From contig MU004182.1 in the NCBI GenBank assembly GCA_010093605.1, forward strand, positions 1,149,032-1,213,031: DNA of 64,000 nt, in the 5' to 3' direction. The notes beneath the pieces were generated by a model. The model saw only the letters and a program-made list of their open reading frames with translations. It did no database searches and had not been told where the DNA came from. Within the stretch, counting starts at the first letter, position 1. Each line of letters opens with the position of its first letter. A program made the position numbers and the translations under genes. This document shows positions 48,172-60,044 of this stretch, one piece after another. Origin of the DNA: Lophium mytilinum. Its lineage: Eukaryota.

Positions 48172-50163
48172 ATGGGCCAAGGATCCTCAGCAGATAGCCA
48201 CCCGCTTTCTTTAGGTACTTACAGCTCCCGCGTTGTGTACGCTAATCATAGCTGTTGAAGCTATACTATGCGTCTCTAACACGTCTTTGTTGCCTACTAA
48301 ATACATCCAGAACAGCTCAGTCACGCTCTCGCCCAACGCTTTGCCCAGAAATGCTACACTCCTCTTGAGCTCTACTGCTTCAACTCCGTCTTCCGATCCC
48401 TCGCAGACTCCGAGTCTGGAATCCGATACTGGAGTGAGGCCACACTATGTCGCTTCCTAGAGCTCCCAGACGCGCTGGGCGTCGGCTCTGTAGTCTTCCA
48501 CATGGCGAGCTATCTCGGCGCGTTCCCTTTCCCTAGCCAGGCACCGGCGATTCTTACGACTGAAGCGATGTTGAAGGTGGTTACCATACTCACGGAGAGG
48601 TATGGGGCCGTGATAAAGAAACGAGGGCGTGAGATGTGGTTAAGGGAGCTATACCGAAGCTTAGCTGTCTACGATAGGGGACTAGGCTCTCAATATAGAG
48701 ACGCAGAGAGGGATAAGAGTCTGGAAAAACCTCGGGACGAGGCAGGCGGACCAAATACTGGAGGAGGCAGCAGCCAAGGCTTCGCCGTGGATCAGCCTAT
48801 CGAAGACGATGAGGATGAAGATGCGGACGACGATGAGCTGGTTCTGGCAGCACTGGACTCGATGGATGCTACAGAAGTGTTCAGGCACGGCGAGAAATCG
48901 AATGTACATCACTCGATAATACCAACGGACAATTTCCTGAAAATCGTCGAGTTATTGCTTCTCATCGCCCCAATAGATCCTCAGCAAAGCTTGTCGGCTC
49001 TCGCGCCTGAGATATCTAACAAACGTATCTCTGAGCTGAGACACACTGCCAATATGATACTCTCGTCGTTTGGTGTGGAACAACATCCTGGCGTCACTTT
49101 CAAGACCTTCACAGCTGTAATCTCATCATCACTGCCGTATCTTTTCGATGGCCTGAATCCATTATTCGAACACTTTCTGTTCGCGAAAGACTTCGATCTA
49201 TCTAAGCGCAAGTCTTCTACTGTACCGAGATCTCTCGAGGTCGCCCCTGTCATCCTGGATACCCTACCTCCACCTGAACCTATACTAAGAGAAGCTGGCG
49301 AAATCCTGGATCTTAATGTACTCAGCCAACTTTCGTTCTTCATCAAAGGCACAAACCTGTTCCGGCGTCTGCGTCCACTATATTCTGGTAACAAAGCCGG
49401 GTTCAGCATGGGCTCTTTCGAAAAGGCCGTCTTCAACTGGCGAGCCCCCTCCCTCCTCCTCGTATCCGGCACCCTTCTCCCAGCTAGTCCTACAAACGCA
49501 CGAGAGCGAACCTTATCCGACTCTTTACCTCCAGCGCGTCTCCACAACAGCATCGCTCTCACCCCTTCCCTAAGCGTAGAGGACACAACGCTTACGTTTG
49601 GCGCCTATATCCCCGGCCACTGGAGACAGTCCCATAAGACCTGCTTCGGCGACTCCGGGACCACCCTCTTCCAACTAGCGCCCACTCACGATGTGTTCCC
49701 AGCTTCAAACTTTAGCACCGACTACGTCTACTTCAATAAGCCACCCACACATCCTTCGGGTCTTGGGTTCGGGTCTGCACTCCCGCACCAGACGCAGGCA
49801 CTCCACGGGCAAGGGGGAGCACATCACATACCCCTCGGCCCCGTATCCTTGCATCTCGACGACGCGCTCGAATTTGGCATTTTCACGCATCTTGCCTCGG
49901 GCGGTGGATCATTTCACACTTCACAGCTGCCTTGTCGTAAGAACAAAGACTGGCAGGACAGGTTCGAGATTGAGTCGCTGGAGGTCTGGGGATGTGGTGG
50001 AGACGAAGAGGCAGAGACGCAACGAAAAGAGTATGCTTGGCAAGAGCGAGAGGCTGAGAATCGGCGGAGAGTCAACCTAGGAACGGGAGATATTGATGCG
50101 GACCGAGAGCTATTGAAGATGGCAGGCCTGATTGGGGGTGGTATGAGTGGTGGAAGTGTTTGA
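48172..50163 (+). CDS. RTC5: TLDc-domain protein Rtc5
   Basis: MGQGSS N-terminus. Intron 48215..48310 gives [24 protein letters not shown]. TLDc motifs [53 protein letters not shown]. Confidence 0.92.
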
Positions 50164-50481
50164 TAGCACGTCTACAAGCCCGCTTTTGGGTATCATAATG
50201 AGGAGTTTGGGCCTTGAACTTTTACACTACCTCGTCATAAATAAATAGCCGCACACTCGTTCACCGCAGCGTGAGGGGCCTCGCAGTATGTTCGGCGTTC
50301 CGAGCGAGAGAAGTCTGGTATTTTGAGCAATGAGTAAGCTCGCGAGGGTACCTCATACAACGTCAGCAGGTTGTACACAGAACTGAAGTGTGTCAACAGC
50401 CCCGGTTTATGTACGGTGTATGTATAGGGACGGTGATAGGAAGGTGTACGGATATGTGTGGCAAGGTACTATCAGACGATG

Positions 50482-50823
50482 GCAATGAATGATGACAGAG
50501 ACTGGAATCGACCCCTTGGAACATGATTTATGCCTGTACAGTGCCTGTATAAAAGTCTGCACGTTCTTATTTGCTACTGTTTGAGATACTCCGGAACATG
50601 AAGAGCAATTCAGAAAAGACATCAATTCTAAGCAGCGCAAATTGTTATGAACTCAAACACTCTCAAAAATCTCGTTTTACCATTACCGAAGCTAGATCCG
50701 CATAGCAAGGAAAGGAGAAAGAGATCTCTAGAAAGAAAGCACAAATTGTGTCATATCACGGTAGACATGACTTGTAATCAAGCCGGGAGTTGTATTTTAC
50801 AGCTTCCATCATCATTCGATGGC
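50482..50823. repeat. Degenerate palindrome between convergent genes
   Basis: GCAATGAATGATGACAGAGACTG pairs with CAGCTTCCATCATCATTCGATGGC. Inner pair TGTTTGAG/CTCAAACA. Confidence 0.55.
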
Positions 50824-50923
50824 CCAACGCCAATTATGCTAAACACGTAGTATAATACACCCCTCCATCTCCCACCGAGCTCTCTATCCTGCTCATCACC
50901 CCTCGATCCAGTCGTTGTGCAAT

Positions 50924-51350
50924 CTACCCTTGCCTATACTCAATTAGCACTAGCTATCTTAATACTCCAGACTTCACACATACCTCTGCTTATGCTTCGG
51001 ATTCTTATCACAGATGATATACACGTACTTCCCGCCCTTCCTTCGCACACTCTGTAACATATATTAGCATCCACGCCTACAACCACAACCACATCCTCTC
51101 TACGAAAATAGCACGTCGTTCGTACCTTGCACCCGTCACAAAGCTTCTTCACCGAACTCCGCACCTTCATCCCCCTCGTCTGGCTAAATGCCGCTGACAC
51201 AGCTCCCGCTCCAGCCCTCGCGGTAATGCTCGGCCGCCATAATGATGTCGAGGTTGAGATTGCGCGTGTGGTGAAGAGGCGGGCGAAGGGTGCGGAGGAG
51301 GGCGCGAAGAGGGTTTGGCGGAGGGGGAGGAAGAAGGTTCGGGGGAGCAT
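50924..51350 (-). CDS. RTC6: Mitochondrial ribosomal protein bL36m
   Basis: Arg/Ser-rich presequence, then RGMKVRSSVKKLCDGCK|SVRRKGGKYVYIICDKNPKHKQR|QG* across two canonical introns. Confidence 0.93.
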
Positions 51351-51509
51351 TGTCGCTACGATTCCCAGTGGTTCGGTGGTAATAGAATGGAAAGAGCGCA
51401 ATTGAGACGATTCCGGCCCTCTAGCGGTGCGGGCAGTGCGTGTTGGATGAGCTTCGAGATGACTTGACGGTTGCTCGTGAAGTCCAAATGCCAAGGCGGG
51501 AAAGACCAG

Positions 51510-51545
51510 ATCACGTGATGGGGAGGCGAGGCTTGCGCACGTGAC
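51510..51545. promoter_or_regulatory. Two CACGTG E-boxes (Cbf1-like) in the bL36m/F-box divergent promoter
   Basis: ATCACGTGAT at 51510-51519 and CACGTGAC at 51538-51545. Confidence 0.5.
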
Positions 51546-51684
51546 CTTTGACTTCAACTACATTCGCTCGGGTAATAGTAAGACTGCACTCGCTCCGAAA
51601 CAAAACACTCGCTGTTCTCCCGGTATTTTACTTCTTTCCAAATCAACAGGAGATTCGAGTTCGGCCAAAGCATATTCATCAATT

Positions 51685-53067
51685 ATGAATGTGTTCCCCA
51701 CCCCTGAGTCTGTAGACTCCTCATTGCTCCGCTTACCGAATGAGCTCCTCCTCGAAATCCTAACTTTAGCCATTGGCCGTAAAAACACGCAGCTCGACAA
51801 TGATCGAAGCAAAGACCACTGGACCGCATGGTCGCTCACCCAAGTATGCAAACGCATCAGCGAGATAGCATATCCTCTCCTATACCGCAATATCGACTTC
51901 ATGTCTCCCACCCTATGTAGCCTGCTTCCAATATCCACTGCCGGAAACCAACTCTCACATTCATTGTATGCAAACCCCTCGCTCGGCGCCATGTGCAAGG
52001 AACTTGTCATATGGATCCCGCCAATCGAGGACAAATGGATCGGGAATATGGGGGACAACGACTATCAACTCTGCGAGTACGTCGCCGCTACCGACCTCCT
52101 AACCAAGCTCCCCAACGTACAGAACCTGGAAAGCTGCAACGCGGTTGAGAACTCCGACCATGTGTGGCGGATGCTCGAAGCCGCCTTCGACAACATGCCA
52201 CGCATCACCGACCTCACGATCAGCCAAGACTACGGTTCCATTTTCATCGAACGCCTCTTCACTCCCGCCACCCGCTTTCCCGCCCTCCGCCGCCTCCACA
52301 TCGTCGGCTGCCTCGCCTTCTCCTCCAGCAACATCGCCGACGCCGCCTGGTTCCAGGCGCCCCTCGCCCCGCTCACGGCGCTGAACATCCACGACTTCGC
52401 CGGCAGCCCTTCCGACTTCGCCACCTTCCTCAGCTGGCCGCAGGCGCTCTCAGACCTCACCTTCCACCCCGACAAGGCCACATTCACCCTCTCGGACTTC
52501 CAAGCCATCCTCGCGCCCCACCAGTCCACGCTGAAGAAGCTGTACGTCGGCGACCTCGGCCGCACAAACAACCGCCTCGATCTGACCGACTTCCCGAAGC
52601 TAGGAACCCTCAATTTCCCGGCTCTAGCGCATAGGGAGACCCTCGGCGATCATGCACGGCTCCTCGCCGCCCCGGCGCTGCGTAGCTTCTCGTGGCACTT
52701 CGGCGTCGATCAGGGCCTGAATGGGCTGGAAGCGTTCCAACAGCCTGAGGCGGATGCGCTGCGTGCATTTGTGAAGGGGGTGCTGGCGTGTGGGTGTCCG
52801 CTGCGGCGGGTGGAGATCTGGTTTCTGGGGAAAGCGGAATTTTCGATACCGATTGCTAAAGATAGGGATGCGGTGGAGAAGATGATGCGGGCTATTATGA
52901 GGTATCCGTGGGACTGGATGGATGAGCTACGGGACGACTTCGAGAAGTTGGGAGTGCTGCTGACGTACGATCCTCCGTTCGGCGAGCCGAGAAGCGTTAC
53001 TAGAGAGCAGTATGAGGAGGAGTTCCAGCGGTGGACGTCTGGAAATGGGGGTGAGAGTGAGTCTTGA
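51685..53067 (+). CDS. F-box protein with an LRR-like region
   Basis: LLRLPNELLLEIL...SLTQVCKRISEIAYPLLYRNI followed by repeated LxxLxL segments; intronless. Confidence 0.85.
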   Translation: MNVFPTPESVDSSLLRLPNELLLEILTLAIGRKNTQLDNDRSKDHWTAWSLTQVCKRISEIAYPLLYRNIDFMSPTLCSLLPISTAGNQLSHSLYANPSLGAMCKELVIWIPPIEDKWIGNMGDNDYQLCEYVAATDLLTKLPNVQNLESCNAVENSDHVWRMLEAAFDNMPRITDLTISQDYGSIFIERLFTPATRFPALRRLHIVGCLAFSSSNIADAAWFQAPLAPLTALNIHDFAGSPSDFATFLSWPQALSDLTFHPDKATFTLSDFQAILAPHQSTLKKLYVGDLGRTNNRLDLTDFPKLGTLNFPALAHRETLGDHARLLAAPALRSFSWHFGVDQGLNGLEAFQQPEADALRAFVKGVLACGCPLRRVEIWFLGKAEFSIPIAKDRDAVEKMMRAIMRYPWDWMDELRDDFEKLGVLLTYDPPFGEPRSVTREQYEEEFQRWTSGNGGESES

Positions 53068-53126
53068 AGGACTCGGGAGGTGGAAGTCTGGAAATGGCGG
53101 CGAGAGTGAGCCTTGAAGGAATTGGG
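53030..53126 (+). repeat. Tandem 48-bp duplication spanning the F-box stop codon
   Basis: GGTGGACGTCTGGAAATGGGGGTGAGAGTGAGTCTTGAAGGACTCGGG versus GGTGGAAGTCTGGAAATGGCGGCGAGAGTGAGCCTTGAAGGAATTGGG. Confidence 0.9.
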
Positions 53127-53289
53127 CGAAAAAGACTTGTGTAAATACTGAAATGATGTAACTGTACTCATTTCCTACCCACACGTGCGCAATTGGTATT
53201 GACAATGCCGCCTCCCTGACAAACCCGTGAGATGCACCATTTTGCTCCATGCTTTCTAGACTCCCTGCCTAACCTACCGTTCCCTGTGC

Positions 53290-55161
53290 TTATAGCATGA
53301 CAACTCCTACTCCACGCATGTTCTTCTCGCTTGGCAGGTTCCTCGCATCCAGACCTCCGGGTAAAGGTGCTGTACGGTAATTGAAAAGGTAGAAGTTGAG
53401 CTGGCCATCACCGGCGCCGAATTTTTGCTCTTCGAGGAACAGGGGATTGTCCAAGAGAGTCAGTGCGTTGAAGACGTCGAATTTCGCCTGTGGATGAGGT
53501 CAGTAACGGACTAATCTTGTTCTCCAAGAGCATCAAAGTGAAACTTATGGAGACAGGCATGCTTTTACTCACATTCTTCGCCAGAATCAACGCATCCTTA
53601 ATGAGCGCATTCAACTTCGGCTTCAGTAGCGTCTTATCCTTGTCAAACGCCGTCTCGGTCGCGTAATAGTACAAATACGCCGCCCTCACTACCTTATGCT
53701 TCTTATGATTAATGACCGTGCTCTCAAGACAGTAGAAGGAGACGTAGTCCGTGATCTTCTTGGTATTAGGGTCCTCCACAACATACGACCACACGACTTG
53801 CTCTTCCACAGTCTTGGAAGGCAGTAGCCAGTGCTCCACCTCCTCGCGTGTGAAGATCTGGGCTAGCTGCATTGTTGCGAGGTAGCGCTTCAGGAGGTCA
53901 AGGACGTTGTCGATATCTTTGTTCTCCATTGGACGTAGGCCTGGTAGGTTCGTCCTCTCGGGTAGTTTGTATTTGATGACCTGCCGCTGCTTTGTGCTAC
54001 CAGGGGGTAGGTGGGAAAACTTGCACTCGTATAGCTTCTCCCAGTCTAGAGCCCGGTGGAAGTACCGGCAGGTTGAGATTGGTGTAGGGATGAGCACGCC
54101 GGCAGTGTAGATAGCCTGGAAGATGCCCTCCAGGTAGCAGCGACGGGTGATCTCCTTGATGAGAACCGGAGCGAGGCGTTTTGATCGGAGCTTCTTGTGG
54201 ACGACTAGGAAATTAACTTCTGAGCAGTGGACGAGCTTTTCCCGGACGCGAAGTTCAACGGGAATCGCAGAGATGAATGCTACGAGCTTGCCTGAGGCCG
54301 ATGCTCGGACACCAACGTGCCACTCCTTTTTCCAACCTGGCGACTTGAGAGCCCTGCTTTCGTCAGTTTCAGCCATAAGAGCGTACAATGTATAGCTTAC
54401 CAGTCCAAAAACGATCTCGAGTAATTGAACCTAAACTGCGCATCATCATCCTCGACATAATGCCCCGTCAGCAGCTCATACGTTTCATCTAGCTACGCAA
54501 GCATTAGCCCAACTCCCCAATAATCCCACTGTCTCCAACGTACCTGCTTCTCATCCTCCAAATCCATCGTCACCCACTCAAACCCAGGATACATCTGACT
54601 CGGCTCCTTCCCCACTCTGTCCAGATCAATCTCCTTAATCGCCCCATCCTCCTGCTTCCCCTTCGCCTCATCAAACTTGGTCACCGGCTGCGTATTCCAA
54701 AACGCATGGCTCGCCATATCCTTCTTATTCTTCCCCCCCGGCGCCGTCCCCGTCAGCACATCGCTAACCGTCAACTTGCGCAACAGCTCCTGCACGCTGA
54801 CCTTCTTATCCGACGCCTGCGAGTCCATCTCCTGCTTGAGCGCCGGGTTCGTCTCTAGCAGCGCCGCCAGCTGCTCTTTCGACAGCTTGTCGCCAATCTC
54901 CCCCGCGTCCTTGTCGTCCGAGCTCGCGGTGGATTTGCCCGTCAGCGCGGCTTTGAGCTTGCGCTTTTTGCTGCTCTTTTTCTTCGTGGGAGCGGAGGTG
55001 CCGTCGCCGGAGGGGGCTGCGGGCGTGGGCTCGTCGGAGCCGCTGCTGGCGGCGGAGTCGTCTTCGACGGTTACGGAGGGGTTGGTGGATTCGGCGATGG
55101 CTGCGGCGGCGGCCGCGCCTGAGGCGGAGGACTCGCCCGGTTTGGATTCTTGGGCGGGCAT
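53290..55161 (-). CDS. NMT1: Glycylpeptide N-tetradecanoyltransferase (N-myristoyltransferase)
   Basis: [74 protein letters not shown], terminal GVGVVML*. Three introns. Confidence 0.97.
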
Positions 55162-55376
55162 TGTGGTGGGTTGGGTATGTCGAGGTTAGGTGTTGAAGGT
55201 GGTTTGTGGGAGTTTCGAGGTTGGTGTGGTGAAGTAGTCCGGGGAAAGGCCAGGTGGGAGAGCTGACCTCATTTATAGTGGGATGGTGGGGCTCGAAACC
55301 AGAGCGACATCAGAGCAATATCAGGCACCGATTTTGTAGATCACTAGAATCGAGTAATGAAAGCTTAAAGAGCCAC

Positions 55377-55562
55377 GGAGAACACATTGTAGACCTCAGA
55401 AACTGTGCAATAATACCACAGAATTAATCTGGTCATCTTGAGCTCAGACGACTTTGGCGGTCCCTAGTCTATGTCACGGAGGAAGCACAACAGAATTGGC
55501 CAGATATATGGTAGAATCACACCAGTAATTAGGTAAAAAGTCTCTATCTACATTCCTTCTGC
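55377..55562. repeat. Degenerate palindrome upstream of NMT1
   Basis: Nested pairs TGTAGA/TCTACA, TACCA/TGGTA and ATCTGGTCA/TGGCCAGAT around ~55467. Confidence 0.55.
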
Positions 55563-55790
55563 ATCCACCGTCCGAGTATTTACGCCAACCTTACGTTGAT
55601 CTTCCCCTATAATACACAGCTCAAAGCCTGATCCCATGACCGTAATCTCATCAGAAGAAAGTCCAATCTCTTTCAAGTCGTGGCCACGTATACACACAAA
55701 AATCCTCGCTCGCTGAAAACAAATCAATTAGCTCCACCACATAGCCCTCTGTGCACTTTTACTTTCTTCTTGTCGACGACTCCTTGGCTC

Positions 55791-57144
55791 CTACCCATGC
55801 AACGACGCAACGCTCCTCGCCGCATCAGGCGTCGACGGCTCATGAGTAACATGAATCGACGGCAGACGCTCGAGATGCGGTAACTGTGGCGTGTGTGTAG
55901 CTATAGGGCTTGTGTAGGGTGGCGCTTCCTCCCACGTTCCATTCTCGTAGTTAGGCGGACTGACATGCGGGATGTCGGTGTCGATCCCGGGTGTTGCTGG
56001 TCCCTGGCTGATAGACCTCGACCGCGACTCTTGTAACGAGATGACTTCGAAGTCATCTCCTGCGCTAGTACCGGTGATGGTGCGTTGTGCATTGGGGAAA
56101 TCGTACTCATCCGACGCCCGTGTTGAAGCTGTCATGATAGACGAAGCAGACGGGCCGCGGTAGTGCGTGTTCAGTGTAGATGCTGTTTGACTTGCGCCCC
56201 CAATAGATGCCGAAGAGTCGAGAAGCGGACGCACATCGCTCTCCGTCGAGTTCGCACGCAGGCGTGTGCCATCGTGCCGCTGGACACCTAGTTCGGCGTA
56301 CTGTACACTGGAGACGCGGCGCTCACGGTTCGCGGCTGCGACTTGGTGCTCAGCGATGAGGCTTTGGGAAGCAGTCTGTGACGCAGCGCTCTCGGCGCGC
56401 TGGCGGATCTCCGCAAGGGCAGAGTGGTCACCCCTTGCGCGGGCCTCGCGTCTGAGTCGTCGCCGTTCTTCGCGCTCGCGCTGTTCGGCTCGGCGCGCAA
56501 GGCGGATCTGGTAGAGGGATGCCATCTCGTCTTCTCGTCTCTGCTCTTCTTCGTCGTTGGTTTCGGGGAACTCGAGGACGGTGTCGACGCCGCCCCGCTC
56601 GCCTTCTCGCGCTAGGATGCGTTCGTTTTCGCGGGCGGCAGTGGAGTATGAAGGAAGCGTCATGACGCTGCGGACTGATGTATTGCGGTCGACGGTGGCA
56701 GCTGCGGTGGCGGTAGTGTCATCGTTCGTGGACGCTGTCATCTCCCGGTCACGACTTGCAGCCCGACTGCGTCCATTTTCCGGCTCTTGAAGCCGATCCG
56801 AGTATTCATGGCTTCTCTTCCACGGCGTCCAATTCCACTTCGATTTCCGTTTCTTCTGTGCTTTCTGTGTACCTATAGGGCCCGCGGCCTCTCTCGCTAT
56901 TCTCGCTTTGTATTTTTGACGATTCGCGCGGATCCGGCTCCATACGATGAAGCCCACAATGAGTATGATGCACGCGGCGACAACAACAACGGAGATCTGA
57001 GCGCGGTAAGTATTGGCTCTATGCTGCAGTCTTGGTGGCAAGAAGAAAGTAGCTTACGACGACGGTCTTAGTACTGTTCCCGCTGGTATTGACAGCCCGT
57101 CTGGTACTCGAAGAGTCTACGTTGCGAACTACGGGGATCCGCAT
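55791..57144 (-). CDS. Uncharacterised single-pass membrane protein with a coiled-coil/disordered tail
   Basis: Exon 1 MRIPVVRN...KTVV, an intron starting GTAAGC, TM segment ISVVVVAACIILIVGFIVW, then DRNTSVRSVMTLPSY, REGERGGVDTVLEFPET and PPNY/PPY motifs. Confidence 0.8.
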
Positions 57145-57954
57145 GGTTTCTGCGGACTGTGAAGCACAATCATGCAAAGGGGGTCTTTCTATCGGTCTCT
57201 CAAGAACGGTCAGACAAGAGATATCCGGAAGCTGTGGCACTCCAGCCTAGACGGGTTGGGAGCTCGGTATTCCGGAAGTGAATTGGTCGATGGATAATGT
57301 CGGAGTATGATAGGAGGACGAAGAGATCTCGATGTCAATGCTGTCAATGTTCAGGGCAGGAACACAGGTGCTGGTTGCTGGGGCCCTCTGAAGTGGAGTT
57401 GTCTGAGGTTGCCGGGGTGGTCGGGGCTGACGGTTTTTGTGGCTCAGCGCTGGCAGAGCGACGAACCTTGGAAACCTTGGAAGTGGCTGCAAGAGGCGGC
57501 TGTGTTGAGCCGCTAGAGGTGGGCTGATGCGCACGGGTTGAGTTGAGGATGCTCTTCGTAGCGATTCATCGCTGATGTGAGCGTATAGAGAGGTAATTTG
57601 AATAGGAGTAGTGAAGCGTGGAGAGAGTCCTGACAACAGTAAGCTCCAGGCCAGGCTCGTGAAAGGCCCTCGGTCAGCTTGGAGCGTATCCCAGCGCTAT
57701 TTCGGGAGGGGAAGCGAAGCGGCGACAAAGGGTAGCTTTCCGCTCCCTGATTGGCTCCCTCCGCCACCGCTATAAGCGCTGCCTTTTTCAGGGTTTTGAG
57801 GTGGAGAATTACGCGGACCCTGGTGGGTATCGCGGGATATGTGATTGCAAACTATATAGCATGAAAGATATTTCGTACACTTCGTAAATGTGGCCCCGTT
57901 CCGTTTTATCACCCAATACACACTTCATACCATACTTCCAAAAATCTGTGACCA

Positions 57955-59537
57955 TCACATCCTCTTGTCCAACTTCTTCAGGAACCGTCCCACGCCCTTT
58001 TCAATCTTATCGGTGCGCCGCTCGAAATTACCTGGCTGCACTCCCGGACCGGCGCCTATCACAGCAGGCTGTTTCCCGTGCAAGGCCTCGCTCTCGGTGG
58101 GTCTATATAGCTGAGTGTGAAGAGAGTTTTGGACACCATACTGGTCTGGCGTTTGACCATAGGCGTATTGCGGATACCCTCCCTGGGGAGGGAAACCCGG
58201 TGATTGTGCAGCTGGATAGCCGGGAGCTTGAGGGTAGCCGGGCGTCGGCGGATGGCCCGGTGACTGAACAGGCGCGTATCCGGGCGATGCTGGATAATTG
58301 GCGTATTGCTGGGACATGGACGCAGGCATGGTAGCTTGACGATGTATGCCGGGCTGCGGCGGTGCTTCTTGCGGAGGCGGCGCGAATGAATGAGCGTATC
58401 CTTGGCCCTGGGGAGGGCCAGCGCTCGAGCTCTGTGGGGGTGGCGGTGGGAACGACCCAGAAGTGTTTGATCGCTGGATACCTGGAGTGGGCGGTCCTGG
58501 AAACCCTTGAGTGGGCTGTCGTGAAGGCGGCCCTGGCATATATGGTTGGTTGGTAGCTTGAGGCGCAAAGGAGTTCTGATGGTAAGGCGGAGCGCCGAAT
58601 TGGCCCTGGTGGTCACTAATTGCCGCTGCAGTCAAACCAGTGCCAGCTTCTGCATCAGGTGGAGGAGGAGTCTTCTCACGATGGGCAATGGGTTCTGGTG
58701 CTGCAGGAGCTGCAGGATTGTACGCCATGGGCGCGAAGCTCGCGGGAGCCTCGTGCTGCGATCCACTGGCTACTGTACTGGCTGGAGTGGGCACAGTCGG
58801 TGGCCCATTGAACGACTGCGTTGTACTGATACTTACACTCCGAGCCGGGTAGTTTCTTGAGATTGCTGCTTGTTCCAGCTTCTCCACCACTGGGCTCATA
58901 GTAGTATCTCTATGGTCCGGGGGAGCAGTCGAAACAGCGGCCGGCGCTTCCAGGATCTGTAACTGATGAGGCTGAAGAACCCTCTTTAGAGAGTCAAGGA
59001 ATAAAGAAGCATCCTCAGTGGTCCAGAAGTATATGTCCACAGTATGCAATCCATACATGTATTTGCCGTCGTTCCGAGGATCTGGGGCCGGGAGGTGCCA
59101 CTGAGACAAGTCTTGCTGTGGACTCGAGGATGCACTGTTCCCTTGGCCTCGAAAGGCATCGACTGTAATGGTGAAGAGGGTGGGGTGCTTATATGATTGC
59201 TCGACTCGCACCGAATCAGTGACTACCGGATTCGAAGTGATGTCAGCCGAGATCTATTGAAGTATGCCTAATGAGCAACTCACAGCCGGAGAAGGCAGTC
59301 TGCTCAGGTGTCCCAGCATGGTTTGCTACCTCCAGCCTCCCTCGCTGATGGATAGGGTTGTGGTAGAGGTATACATAGGAGGACTTGTCGAAGGCATGGT
59401 GGGGAGGCTTTGCAGAAGGCGGGCCGAAGAAATAGTGAACGTCTGCGAAGCTGCCTCCTATTAGTACAAAATCTCGAAACCTAAACTGTCAATACATACA
59501 GCGTCAACAAAGACACTTCTCCCTGCTGTTGAGGCAT
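57955..59537 (-). CDS. Uncharacterised fungal protein with a Pro/Gln-rich C-terminus
   Basis: Spliced MPQQQGEVSLLTL|FADVHYFFGPP...FDKSSYVYLYH, YKHPTLFTITVD, LHTVDIYFW, YNPAAPAAPEPIAHREKTPPP, KGVGRFLKKLDKRM*. Two canonical introns. Confidence 0.85.
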
Positions 59538-60044
59538 GCTGCTGTGCTCGTGAAGGTAAGACGTGAAAGCTGAAGATATCGCGAGAGCACAAATCACGAA
59601 ACAAGCGCACAACAACAGCAACAACAAGAGACAAAGAAGAAAAGTCGCAAGCTTAGCCGCGAGGTATCAACAGCGCCGATATCAAACTATATAAACATCC
59701 AGTGGAATCGAGCCTCGATCTATTTCAAGACCTGTCGCGTCCCACGCGCCCAGGGTCAGCGGCTGCCGACCCAATCGCCGAAGTTCTGCGGCCTCGAAAG
59801 ATTTCTACTCCACGACCCTCACGACACCACCGCAGCGCCCATCCCCAATTGGCCACTCCCCGCGCCCTACACATCCTCGCCGCCATCACTGCTGCATCTC
59901 CGACCTCAATATCACTTCCAGCGCGCCCCAGCACCTTCGCGCGGGGAGGTCGCCCGCTCGCCAGGCCCGCAAGGGCTCCCTACGCACTCCCGCATCCCAT
60001 CCCGTCCTATATAACCCACCTCACCACCGCCACTCGCCGCAGCT

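Noticed and set aside
48172..55161. Functional clustering of RTC5, RTC6 and NMT1 (myristoylation substrate near its enzyme)
   Set aside because: The RTC names come from a yeast screen and the functions are unrelated; adjacency alone is not evidence.
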